DNA from: Euglena gracilis
Taxonomy: Eukaryota
Assembly: GCA_039621445.1 (NCBI GenBank)
Contig: CP154954.1
Coordinates: 26,610,954 to 26,674,953, forward strand
Direction of reading: 5' to 3'
Length of the DNA stretch: 64,000 nucleotides
Shown: in pieces, positions 38,046 through 50,400 of the stretch
How the letters are laid out: the number at the start of each line of letters is the position of its first letter
Position numbering within the stretch: position 1 is the first letter of the stretch
The notes under the pieces: generated by a model
Databases searched by the model: none
Seen by the model: the letters and a program-made list of their open reading frames with translations, nothing else
Told to the model about the DNA's origin: nothing
Program-made: the position numbers and the translations under genes

Positions 38046-38468
38046 AACCCCCCCCCAAATAATACCCCCCCCGGGGTATTATTTTTTCGCCCGAAGTCCC
38101 GGCCCGAGGGGGGGGGGTATTATTTGGGGGGGGGGGTGTTATTTTTCCAAAATTTTCGAAATTTTTCGAAGTCCCGTAAAACCCAAAATAGCACCCAAAA
38201 CCGCCCTTTGGGGTCATTTTTTGCACTTTCTTGTGAAATTTACCATTTTTGGAGGTCAGATGAGCCAGAAAATTCCATTTTTTTTTCATAATTTGTTGTC
38301 AGAGATTGTGATTTTTACCGACATTTTCAGGTCAAAAATCCGGGCCTTCGGCCCGGAACAGGGGGGGGGGTATTATTTCGGCGGCCGAAGGCGGACCCCA
38401 AGGGGGGGGGGGGGGGTATTATTTGGGGGGTATTACTTGGGGGGGGGGGGGTATTATTTGGGGGGGTT
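38046..38468. mobile_element. TA-TSD MITE, inverted sister of 22963-23834 lacking the nested insert
   Basis: TA|aacccccccccaaataatac ... gtattatttgggggggtt|TA. Internal sequence is the reverse complement of 22990-23380. Confidence 0.9.
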
Positions 38469-38689
38469 TACCATTCGGGGGGGGGGGGGGACTATTCGGA
38501 ATTTTGGTTGAAAACCGAGGGGGGGGGCTTCTATTCGGGGGGGGGGGGCTTCTATTCAGGGGGGTTTACTGGTTGATGCAAGGTCCTGAGGGTCATTTGC
38601 TTCGACTGCCCACATTTTGGAGATATTTGAAAATGTTGATGTTTTGACCCCAAAATGGCCCAAATTGGCCAATTCAAAACAGGCCAAAT

Positions 38690-38997
38690 CAGGCTTCTTT
38701 TTAAGTCAGATGGGTCTGGGGTCCGGGTCCGGGGGGGGGGGGTGTCCCGCGCCGGAGGCGCCGGGTATACCTTTTCGGCGCGAAGCGCAGAAAATTTTTG
38801 AAAATTGTCTTTAATGGGCCCGATGTTGGGGGGGTCCCCGCCCCCCCCCTCCCCCCGGGGGGGTCCCGCGCCACCCTGGGTGGGTGGGGGGGACCCCCCC
38901 TCCCCCCTTAGTTGCACTAAGGCTTCTTGTCTGTTTATGGCCGGCGCTGACTTCGCTTCTGGCCCAGTTTGCTGCGTGGGTCTTAAAAAGAAGCTTG
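38690..38997. mobile_element. hAT-like MITE, same family as 8010-8294, opposite orientation
   Basis: TIRs CAGGCTTCTTTTTAAG / CTTAAAAAGAAGCTTG (15/16). Perfect 8-bp TSD GGCCAAAT. Confidence 0.93.
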
Positions 38998-39695
38998 GGC
39001 CAAATTTACAGAATTTGGAGCGAAATGACCATAAGTGGCAAAATTTGAGCTGTCCGTGAAAATATGGGGAATCAAATTACCATTAGATGATATTACCATT
39101 AGATTTCAAAGGGCTTTCTTTTAGGTTGCTGGACATTTCCTTTCATTTTGCTTCCTTTCTGAGGTATTTCAGAAAGACTGATTTTTTTTTACCCAATACA
39201 ACCCAAAGATGGCCCCAGAAATGACTGAAAAATGGCCATAAGTTGAGCTAAACAAAACAATCGGCAAAAAAAGTTAAAATATGGTTTGATAGGGCATTTC
39301 AAGGGCTTCATTTTTTTGGTCGCTGGACATTCCTTCTGTTTTTATTTCACGTCCAAGATATTTTGAAAAAATCGATCGTTGACCCGAAAAACGGCCTAAA
39401 ACACCCCAAAATGGCCGTTTTGGGGGCCACAAAAACGAGCCAGAACACGGCCAGGTGGCAGCCAAAATTGTTGGGGGTGATAGAGGGTCTCCAGGGTACA
39501 TTTGGTCTGACAGATGCTTTCGGAAGTGATGTAACCCCCCCCCCTGATATAAACCCCCTTTGGGTCTTGAAATTTCGCCAAACATAACCACCCCCGAATA
39601 GAAGCCCCCCCCTCGGTTTTCGACCAACGTTCCGAATAGAAGCCCTGAATGCCAGGCCGATAGGTGCCCCACCCGGCCGGGCACCAGACTGCCAG

Positions 39696-40298
39696 CAGGG
39701 GGGGGAGAAATTGCACATCGGGAGGTCGAAAATTGCAGTGCAAAAAATTGCACAAAATTGCACAAAACTGCACAAAATTGCACAAAATTGCACAAAATTG
39801 CACATACCAGAAAAGCCATACCAGAAACCAGAAAAGCTGCATATTCTGCCAACTTACCTGGTCGGTTCACCCAAAAAGTTGCAACCTAACCAGCCGTGGC
39901 AATATGCGATGGCACTACTTACGCCATTCATCCTGAATTTGTTCATCATCCAGCGGAAAGACACAACAATTCATACTGAGAAACTACCAAAGCATCTTAT
40001 ACGAACCTGTTTGTAGAACGCCTATTGCTCCTTTGCCAATTGGCCGATTGGGTTTGAAAACTGAGTAAACCAACAATGAACAGCCTTTGAACGGACATTT
40101 TCACTGCACATCAGTTTCCCAGCAAAAAAAAAACCGGTAAGTTCTCAATTGCATCGAAAACTGACATTTTCCAAAACAAAATGTCCCGGGCCATGTGCAA
40201 TTAATTGCACAAAATTGCAAAAAAAATTGCACATTTCTGGAAAATCGAAAATTGCACAAAGTTGCAAAAATTGCACGGTGCAATTCCCCCCCCCCCTG
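39696..40298. mobile_element. hAT-like element with AAATTGCAC subterminal tandem repeats
   Basis: Ends caggggggggagaaattgcac / gtgcaattccccccccccctg, flanked by the direct repeat ctgccag(c). Confidence 0.85.
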
Positions 40299-41613
40299 CT
40301 GCCAGCCAGGCCGCGCCAGGCTGACCTGACCCGACAGGCCGGGCCGGGCCGGGCCGAAGGCCGCCGGCAACCATACATCTGCTCAAACATCAAAATTTTA
40401 CTGCCCAGGGCTGCCGAGTCATCAAAAGCACACAATAAGAAATTACAAGCCTGTGCAATGCCCTATCTGATGGTACCTGGCTTTCACACGGCCAGCTAGA
40501 GTTACAGCCCGTGTTCCACTGAAATTTTTTGGCCAGGCTTTTGGCCGTTTTTGGTCCGTTTTGGGCCAAAACTTGACAAAAAACCCAATTCTCAAAATAT
40601 CTCAAAAATGAAGCAAAACCAAACAAAACGTCCGGAGACCTGCTTAATTGAAACCCTTAAAACGCCCTATCTAATGGTATTTTGATTTTCTTGCAACTCC
40701 CCGCCTAGCCCGAGACATGGCCAATTTTCGCCTAAACAGGCTTCTTTTTACCAACCCTGATGGAGGGGTGCCTTGTACTGTGGGGTGCCTGTCCACAGCA
40801 GGAACCCCACAGGGAGTCAGTTTTGGACCCTGGTGACTGCTGACCAAGCCAAATTTCCCTTGAAAACAGCCATTTTGGGGCGCCGGAGCCGGGGGGTGTG
40901 CTATGTACTACCCACCCCAAAACCCAACCACAAATTTCGTCAAGCTTGAGACAAGAAAAAGTGGTGCTAAAACCTTCTGTAGATCCCCCCCACACAGCCA
41001 AAAAACCGGGGGGGGGGATAATCGGTCGGGTCCCCCACCAGGTTCCTCCGGCTGAGGAAGGGGCGGTGCTTTCCAAAAAACCACAAATCACAGCGTAGTG
41101 GTTGTTTTGGGCCCCAGCTGGGTCCGATACAGGCAAATTGCAATGTTGCAAAAAAATGTTTGCACCCCAGCGCCGTTGGCGCCGGAGATGTGATGTGGCC
41201 ACCCACCCCAAAACCCAACTCCCCCCATTTGGGGGGGATGTGATCAGACGTGTCTAATTTCTCCATCCCTAAGCAAAATGGGGGGATTTTCGACTGGGGG
41301 AAATCTACAGAACCAAAAAAAAACATGCCAGGTGCCAGCAATTGTCACCTTTTCCGGTTATTTTGGAATTTGGAGAAAAGGTTCGCCCTCTGGAAATACA
41401 CATATGTACACCACATTTTGGTGGTAACCCTGAGATTCCTGGACCCGTCGTTTTGCCGAGAAAAATGAGGTTCATTAGTGCAGCTCTGTAAGGCCAAAGC
41501 CTTGGCTCAGGGACAGTGCACCCCCAGTTCTTGTGCCTTTTTTAATGACTTGTTTTATTTCCAACTGTCCCCGCCTGTCGGTTCCATTTATTCCTTCTCC
41601 AACTGTGGGGTTA

Positions 41614-42257
41614 AACCCCCCCCCCCATTTAAACCGACCCCCCTTCTAAACCAACCCACCCTTCCAAACCGACCCATTGCAGAATTTCAACCAAAAAATA
41701 AATAAACCGACCCATGGCAAGTTGGATGACAAACATGCACAACATAATGGAAGCTGCCAAAGGAAAGAGCGTCCATGCTAATTGAATAGTTGGTATTGAT
41801 GACCCAAAATTAGGATTTTACATCCAAAATTAGGCATTTGCCTCCAAATTTTGGAGTTTGCACCTCAAACTGGGCATTTTCCTCCGAAACTTTGGTGTTG
41901 GAACCCAAAAATTACATAATTAGGTGTTTGCCATCTAAAATTTGAAGTTTGCACCCAACATTAGGCAGTCTGACACCAAAAATTGGATATTACACCCAAA
42001 ATTCAGCACTTGCCCCCGAAAATTCAGAATTTGCATCCCAAATTAGGCATTTGTCACTCAAAGTTAGGAATTGGCCGACCAAATTGGGCATTTGCCCATT
42101 GAAATTGCGATGCTAACATCAACCCGCTTCCGTCACGCCGTCGGCCAGCCGTGTGCTCCCCCTGAAACCGACCCCTCGTCTAAACCGACCCCCTCCACAA
42201 TTTCCGCCAACCCAAAAGTCCTAAACCGACGGGTCGGTTTAATTGGGGGGGGGGGGT
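41614..42257. mobile_element. TA-TSD MITE with AAACCGACCC motifs and an internal ~22-bp degenerate minisatellite
   Basis: TA|aaccc(n)atttaaaccgaccc ... gggtcggtttaattggg(n)t|TA. Units like gcatcccaaattaggcattt occur at ~41800-42100. Confidence 0.8.
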
Positions 42258-42379
42258 TACAAGAACACCCCCTATAGCAATTTTTACTGTCACAGGAAGA
42301 ATCAATGGTCCGAGCAAAGTGGGGGAGACAGAGAGGGAAACACCATTATTGCAGCGGCAACACTTGCGGCAAGTATGCT

Positions 42380-42680
42380 GCTCGCAGTCACACTCATCTC
42401 AAAAGCGCCGTCAGGCGGAGGTGGTTGTTCATTCAGCGCCACATCCATTTTTTGTTTCTGTATTTTCCATTGCACCAAACACAGCCGAGAAGGCTCACAT
42501 TGTGAATGTTCCTTCTGGTGGAAGTCAGAGGTTCGGTGCCACACCCGAAGAACACTGCTTAAGGGACAGTGCCGTAAGGAATTGCAACACACCAACTGGC
42601 TGTGCATCGTTGCACCATTGTCTTTCAAAAAATCAAGGCACCAACGCAATGGGATATCACCAGGCTCCCGCTCAGCTTGC
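42380..42680 (-). pseudogene. Possible decayed hAT dimerisation-domain fragment
   Basis: DIPLRW...KDNGATM...SQCEPSR loosely matches DPL-x-WW...N...YP...S-x-x-CERxFS. Confidence 0.25.
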
Positions 42681-43641
42681 TGCATGCCATTCAGCTGTGG
42701 AAGTTGAAAGTTTTGGGATGCAGCTTCCACATACCCACACATTATCTCGTTATTTTCATGAAACTCTTGAAACGGAAGTTTTTAAAATTATAATGTTTAC
42801 ATAGACATGCATGCACAAACAAACAGCAACAAAGGGCATTTTGAAACCAGGTCTGCTGCCCCATGAGTGCCTGGGCCTGGACTTCAGGCTTGGTATATGA
42901 CTGAGCCTGAAATGTGACGAGGACGGGCCCCAATGCCCCACTCTGTTCTCCCCATCCCTTTCTACTAGACACTCAAACGCATGCACAAAAACCAATCGGT
43001 GCCAGTTCTTTCCGGCCCTCACAGTCCAACCTCTCCAACCACCAACGTCACCGTCGACCACCCGAAACACACGCGGCCCTCTCAGTACGTGAGTGTGTGG
43101 TCCCTCGTCAGCGTACAAGAGGAGTGTGTGCCACATCATTTGCCCACCTGTGGGCAAATGATGTGGCACAATTTCTGCCCCAAGATGTGGCACCGAACTG
43201 GCCCAAGATGTGGTTTCAAAGTGTTACGCCAAACTGGTGCGCCAAAACGTGCCCCCCCCCCCTGTGGCCAAGGTGTGGCAGCAAACTGGCCCTAAAAGAT
43301 GGCTGGAAAACTGCCCCCATTTGTGCAGGCCCAGTCCAAAAAAAAAGATGCCAGCACATCCAGCAGTTGATGGCAAGGGTTACAGTGGAGTTAAGGTCAG
43401 GGTAAAGGATAAGGTTAGAGATGGAGTTAGGGTTAGGGATGGGGCTAGGGATTCAGAATTAGCGTTAGGGATAGGGCCAGGGTTAGGGCCAGGGTCAGGT
43501 CTAAGAGTACGGTGGGGATTAGGCCCTTTGTTCTCCCAAAGGTTCCAAACAGTAGAGCTTCGGCCAGTCACCTTCTTGTCCACATCGACCGTTTCCACAT
43601 TTCCCCACCTTCCTCCGACACCTCCAACCGAACACCGCCAT

Positions 43642-43763
43642 TCCACCACCGACACCGCCACCCCAACCTCGACCCCGACCCCCAGCGCTTCTGCCACCGC
43701 AACGCCCACCTCCACCCCCTCCGAGACGGACACCGCCACTCCAACCGCCACCGAGTCCCCCAC
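43642..43763 (+). CDS. Exon A, Thr/Pro-rich (STTDTATPTSTPTPSASATATP...ESPT); borders approximate
   Basis: ACC/GCC-rich codons with a T-x-T periodicity. Confidence 0.65.
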
Positions 43764-44380
43764 CCCCCCTCCAAGGGGCGCGGCGCTTGGGACAGGAGTC
43801 CCCCCAGCAAGCACCTTTCGGCGAGGGGGGCGGGGAGGCATTGCGCGGCGTGGCGCTCCCGCTGACTCGCACCACCACATTGACCGCAACACCGTCGGCC
43901 ACCAGCACCCCTACGCCCACTGCCACTCCCACCGAGACACTGACCCCCACCGGCACCGACACGCTGACGCCGACTGACACCTCGAGCCGGACCGGCACCG
44001 GCACCCGAACCCGCACCATCACTTCCACGCCGACCCCCACCGGCACACCAACTGCCACCCAAACCCCAACAGTGACCCCGAGCCGTAGCAAGACCATCTC
44101 GGGCACCCCGACGCCCACCACCAGCGCCACCCCGACCAAGACCCGCACGCGGAGCCAGACCCCCACCATCACCGTGACCCGGTCCCGGACCATGTCCCCC
44201 ACCCCGTCCTACACCGTCACCAGCACGCCGACGGCGACGCCCACCAGGACCAGCACCATCACCCCGACCTCGACCACGACGAGTACTGCAACAACGACGC
44301 GGTCTTCGACAGCCACTCGCACCAGAACTTGGACAAGTGTGTGTGTAAGTGTGGTTGGGTGGGTGGGTTGGTTTGTCAGG

Positions 44381-44411
<31 letters not shown>

Positions 44412-47400
44412 CGCGAGTGGTGTGGTGCACGCTTTTTTTTGCGCGCCTATGGATAACAAGTGCACGTTGTGAATTCAGATGCACCGTGTGTTAAAATCAA
44501 TATGGTGTACATATCTGTATGTCTGTCTTTATATTTTGTATGTTTGGACAACAGAAGTTCACATAACCCCCCCAAACAACACCCCCCCCCCCCCGTGTGT
44601 TATTTGGGCACCCGAACTGGGGCCCCAGGGGGGGTGTTATTTGGGGGGGTGCTATTTTCACATGGAAAACCAAAGGAATTTTCAAAGGAAAACAGGGGGG
44701 GTGTTATTTGGGCGCTCGAAATCGGCCCCCGAGGGGGGTGGTGTGTTATTTGGGGGGGGGGGTTATTTGGTAGGGGGTTTACTCAATGTCATTTTTTTTG
44801 GGTGAGGCATTTGCTCAGGATCTCATTGGACAGATCACCTCCAGTTCTGGATTTCAGTGAGAGATTACCCAGTGTAGATTTCTTTATCCCTCCCCAGAAG
44901 TTGAAGAAGCCCGCACCAGCTCATTTGGTGATTATTTTGAAGTTCATATTTTTATTTTTCTTTGAATGTGAGAAATAATGGCGATGCCCCTACAACGCTT
45001 TTGCGTCAAAAGTTGCAGCATATGATGACGATGGCTGGCTGCCCAGCAAGGCGCAGGCGAATCCTCAAGAGGTAACCCTGAGTCATAGCCTCCTTTCTCC
45101 ATGGCAAGATGGCAAGGGCTTTCTTTTCACATGACGAGTTTTTTTTTGCTTTCAGAGGTTGTATTTTATATTTGACTGAGTCAACATTTATATTTGTGCC
45201 CATGGGTTGTGGTTTTTACATGAAGACAGGGAGTGAGCTGGTGGAGGAGAGTAGGGAAAGAAAGCAGACATAAACCTCACTTTCAGCTTTCTGGGCAGAG
45301 GAACATTGCCTTTTGAAATAGTTCTTGTGGAAGGCAGGCGCAAAACACTGAAAACGTTGGCACACACACACAAAATAACCGTCATTTGACCCCTTGGAAA
45401 AGGCACCGGTTGCCGAGGCTTTTAAGACCTTCAACGCCTTTCCTTTTTGCGCATTTGTGCTGCTGTTGGTCCCAGGGCGGCAGGTCATGGGAGTGTATTT
45501 GTTTTTTGGGGGGCATGTGCCTGTTTAATTCAAAGACCCCCGGGGGGGGGGTGGCTGGGCCGGATCCCCATGGGCCCCGGAGGCCTGGGTGTGGGTTTTG
45601 GTGCAAAGCACCAAAGGTTTTTTTGGGAAATGCCCTTAGGCAGCCCGATCTTTTGAGGGTCCCCCCAGGAGAGTCCGACGGTTGGGGGTCCAAAAAAAAC
45701 CTGGGGAGGGGCGGTGGTTTCTCGCTGGTGGCCGATTTCCTCCCGTTCTGTGCCTCCATCCCCGCTGCCGGGGCCACTCGTTTCTCTCCAGACACGCAGA
45801 CGTTCATCCCGACGTACACGCCGACCCTGTCCCAGTCCCGTACCCCGACTCGCACCCGTAGCGCGACCATCACCCGCTCCGTGACGACCACCCGCAGCGC
45901 CACGCTCACCGCCACCTCGTCCTCCACCCGCTCCACCTCCATCACCTCCACCGCCACTCCCAGTACAACGTCCAGGCTGGCTCGTCTGTGTCCCCGGGAT
46001 GTGTGCCCAGGGGAGTTGCATTTGCTTTTTTTCTTGCACCTTGGTGAGAAGATTTTGAAGGGAATCGGGTGCGCATTTGTCTGGATCTCTGCCAGCCAAG
46101 TTTGGGTATCTCACCACACATATGAAGTGAACAACAAACTTTTCCCCCCAAAAAAACAAAGTCCAAAGTACAACTGGAGCCATGAATTGCTGGACATTCT
46201 GTCGGAAGTCTCTGGATGCATCGGGGCGCCAGAAAATTTTTATCTTACCTACCCCCCCCCCCGGGAAACTGTCATGCCCGAGAACCTGTCAGGGTCCCGC
46301 CCGGGAAACTGTCAGGGTCCCCGGTACCGGCCAACCTGTCAGTATAGGAAGTTGTCAGGGTCCCCAGTACTGGCCAACCTGTCAGGTGACAGTTTCCCGG
46401 AGGGGGGGGGGTAGGTATTTAAAAATGAACCTGGCCATAAGGTTTTTGTGAGTGGCGTAGCTGCTGCCAATCCGGCATGTTACGGCATGGCTGGATGGCG
46501 GCGGGACCGTCATGAGCACCGGGTACCACAGCAAGGCGGCTGGGCACGGACACACACAAAACATGCATTTGCAGTGGGCAGGGGGGGGGTGTCCCATGCT
46601 GTGCCGAGTGTGTGGAGAGAAACCCCGCAGGGTCTTAATAAGTGGGCCTGGTCCGAACGTTCTCCCACACACATTGTTGCTGACATTTTGATAAATGACC
46701 AGTTTTTGTGCCTGACCAAAAGTTTTTGCACCCAAAGTCCCAAAGTTGTCCAAATGTTCATTTTTTTTGGGCACAACTCTGTCAAAAATGCCGAAAATTT
46801 CTGGGATGAAGTGCCTGAATGAATAATTTGACCTTGCCGGAGCATCGTCGCAAAGCCGGAGGGTACCCATCCCTCCCGGGTCCCAACCATGTGGTGGAGG
46901 AGGTTAGGTGGTAGGGGCTGTGGACCCCCTGGATGTGTGAGGGGGGTCTGGACTGGGCCAGAAGCAAATTTAGCGCCGGCCATAAACAGACAAGGCTTAC
47001 AAAGAAGCCTTAGTGCAACTGAGGGGGTAGGACCCCCACCCTGCGCGCTAGAAAATGAGCAAAAAACGCCTTTTTTCATCACCTTTGAGCATGTTAGTCG
47101 TTTTTTTTGATGTTTTGGTGTTTTTCGCCTAGAAAAAGTGTTCAAATTTTTCAAAAAATGAGCATTTTTGGATTCATTCTCAAAGAAAAACAGGGACTTT
47201 TGAACAATTTTGGTCTGTTTTCCAGCTCTTTGCCCGTCTATAAAGCCAAGCATTTTCCTGCCCCCATCAATTTCGAGGTAGGAGGTCCCCCCCCCTTCGT
47301 GTCGGGGGTCCGACCCTCCCCCAAGGCTTCCCAACTATCCCTGTCGGGGGGGGGGGGTTCAGCCAGCCAGCAGCCTTTTTCCAGCGGTTGCCCAAAAAAG

Positions 47401-50400
47401 CGGCCAATTACGCAAAAAAAAGCAACAACAACCGTTTTTAACTCCAAAATCAACGCCTTGGGAAGCACAAGTTGGGAGTTTGTTGCTCCGGACTGCCTTC
47501 CCCCATGGTCAGGGGGGTACCCCCCCCCACCCCTGACATCCTCCTCATATAGAATGCCAGCGACAGGACGGTTTCCAAAAACACGCGCTACAGGGCTCCC
47601 CAAAGGTCTTTGTGGTTTGTGAACCCGAAGCTTGAGGACGGCTTTGTGCTCACTGGCGACGATGTGGGGGGGGGGGGAACTGTCCTCTCCCGCGGAGCAC
47701 ATGGGGGGCCAAATTCTGAACCCTGCCTGCCGCCAATGCGTGTTTTTTTTGTACGTGTCCATGTCCAGCCGTCTTGCTGTGGTGCTTGGTGCTCGTGACA
47801 GCACAATTGAAGCCCCATCCTTCAGGTGGTGTGATCCATTTCATAGCCTCAAACCTTTTGGTCATTTCCGGCTTCGCAGCTCACCGGAAACTTCCGGCTG
47901 GGTTTGATCTGTAAGGCGTCTTGCTATGCCCCACAGAGTATTCATGGCCCCAACCGTGTTTCCTCCGTGTCCCAAAGCAATGGGTGTGCCGTCTGTTGGA
48001 AAACCTTGAACTCTCTGAAGCATTCCTCCGAACCTGTGCCAATAAAATTATGATATTGCATGAAGGAAAACAGCCCAAGACATGTTGGGAGGATCTCCCT
48101 CCCGGTCCCAAAATTGCGTCAAAGCCTGAAAGGCCTTGCCACACCGTGACAGATTTCCAAGTTTTGCCTCAATATAATGCGATATTTTCAGAGAACTTGC
48201 TTTCTGCGTTGGCCTTCCTTGACAACAGAAGACAGAGAAGAGGCTACCTTGTGGGGCATATCCACCCCCAGTGGTTGAAAACCTTGAAATCATCCAAAAG
48301 GTCATGTAATCAAGGGTAATTTCCTGACAATGGACCAGAACCAGAAAGAAACAGGAAAAATTTCCAAGGAGGTAAAGACATTGGAAAGACATTGGAAAAT
48401 AAATGCAAAGTTTTACCATTGGGGATGCTTCATGTTGCGCTTTGTTACGGAGCTTCGTGTTTCACGTTGCACGTTTCAACCACGTTTTCTGTCAACGGGC
48501 CGGCCACTTCAGGCCATGCCCTTGTGAGGGTTGTCGTCGGCGCCCGCCTGCCCCCGACCACCGCCACCCTGACCGACACCGCCACCATGACTCTGACCGT
48601 CGTACCCACCACGACCCCCACCCCGACCGCGACCGCCACCGGGACCCACACCCGCAGCGCCACGCCGACCAGCACGGCCACCGGCCTCCTCACCGACACC
48701 AACACCCCGACTCGCAGCCGGAGCGAGAGCCGCACGTGGACCATCACCGCCAGCGGCACTGCCACGGCCTCGGCGTCCGCCACCGCCACCGCCTCCGCCA
48801 CTGTGACCACGCTGTGCTTTTGAGGCGCACCACTGCGCAGAATCGTCGCGTGTTTGATCACAGCACCGCCAAACTTTTACACAGCGTCCAACCAACGTGA
48901 AGACAGGTCCATTTGTTGATTCAATTCCTTGTGGCTGGAGAACAGTGGAGCGAGCATTTTGCTCACCAATGGAAAATTTAATCAACAAGATTTCATTTCA
49001 ATTCATGCAACAAAGCTTCTGCCTCAGAGAAAGAGACCAAATCCATTTGAAGAGATTGAAGTCTTGCATACTCCTGCTCCGTTGAGAGTTTGAGAAGATT
49101 GAAAGGAATTTGCAGCGAAAAGAAGTTAAGGTTGACAAGCTCATGACTGTCCCGCACACAAGCTGGAATTCCTCAGAAATCCCCTGGCTGGGGTGCCCCC
49201 GCGGGGCTGTCTGTTTTGCTGTGACCGGTCCGGTTGATCCGAGTTGGTGGAGAAGCTGGCGTGGCGGGCGACCCATACCCCCTCCGCCACCATCACCAGC
49301 ACCGAGACCCCCAGCATCATCCGGCTCACCGGCATTTCCCCCGGGTTTGTTTGCTCTTCCCTTTGATTTCCCCGCACCTTGTTGCTGGTGTTTTCCGTGC
49401 CGTGCCTGCAGAGGGACTGGGGCCCCAGACTGTCTGTCTGAGGCCTCCCCCACTGTAAACCCCCCCCCCCAAATAACACACCCCCCGGTGTGTTATTTGG
49501 GCGCCCGAGCTGGGGCCCCAGGGGGGGGGTGTGTTATTTGGGGGGAGATGTTATTTTTTTCATGGAAAACCAAAGGAAAACAGGGGGGGGTATTTGGGCG
49601 CTCGAAATCGGCCCCCGAGGGGGGGGGTGTTATTTGGGAGGGGGGTTTACCTCCCCAGCAGTCGGTGCATAGTTGTTTCCGCAGAAGGGGGCAAAAAATG
49701 CCCCTTGTGCCCCTTGTGCCCTTGGAACAGTGCACTCAGAAAGGAGAACAGTAGAAATGCTCCATGGGAAATGCTCCAGGGGCAGTCTTCTTTAAAACTG
49801 GGACCCCCCCCCGGCGGGGGTGGGGGCTGGGGGTGGAGGAACATTGGGTCAGAGGGGCTGAGTGGTGGGTGACTCGATGGGCCAGGGGGGGTCCTGCCCA
49901 AAGGGATGGTTTGAGCTGAAAGTTATGATGCCCCCCTGGATGGTTGGGGGGTTTCCCTTTGAGGACCGGCTGCTCAGAGCCCCGGATTTTCGATGAAATG
50001 GCCAAAGACCATGAAAAGGGTTTTTGGACGATGTCTTTCGATGGGGTTTTCTGCGACCCCGTACCCCGGTCCCTCCCATGGCCCACCCCAACCTGGATGG
50101 AGGGGACCCCAGGGGTCTTAAAATTGAAAGGAAAGCTGGCCTCGGGGCTCCGGGGGGGGGGGGGGGGATAAGTTGAACGGGAGAAATGCTGTGGAAAAAT
50201 ATGGGTGAAATCGTGTCTGGTATTTTTCTGTAGTTTTAAGGATCCGTCCAGGATCTGTCCCTGCAAATTTAAGGAAAGCCTGGTTTCCTCCAGTGAACGC
50301 TCAAAAGATTCCTTTTCCTTTTCCTTTTCCTTTTCCTTTTCTTTTCCTTCGGCGCTTCGAGCCGATTCTTTGGAAGGTGTTTACCCCCCTCCAAATTACC

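Noticed and set aside
45386-46414. The 342-aa ORF as a single-exon gene
   Set aside because: Only 45792-45969 has exon-like codons; the rest runs through intron and MITE sequence.
43380-48988. Minus-strand Val/Gly-rich ORFs (43519..44202, 45382..45957, 48445..48861)
   Set aside because: Antisense shadows of the Thr-rich plus-strand exons.
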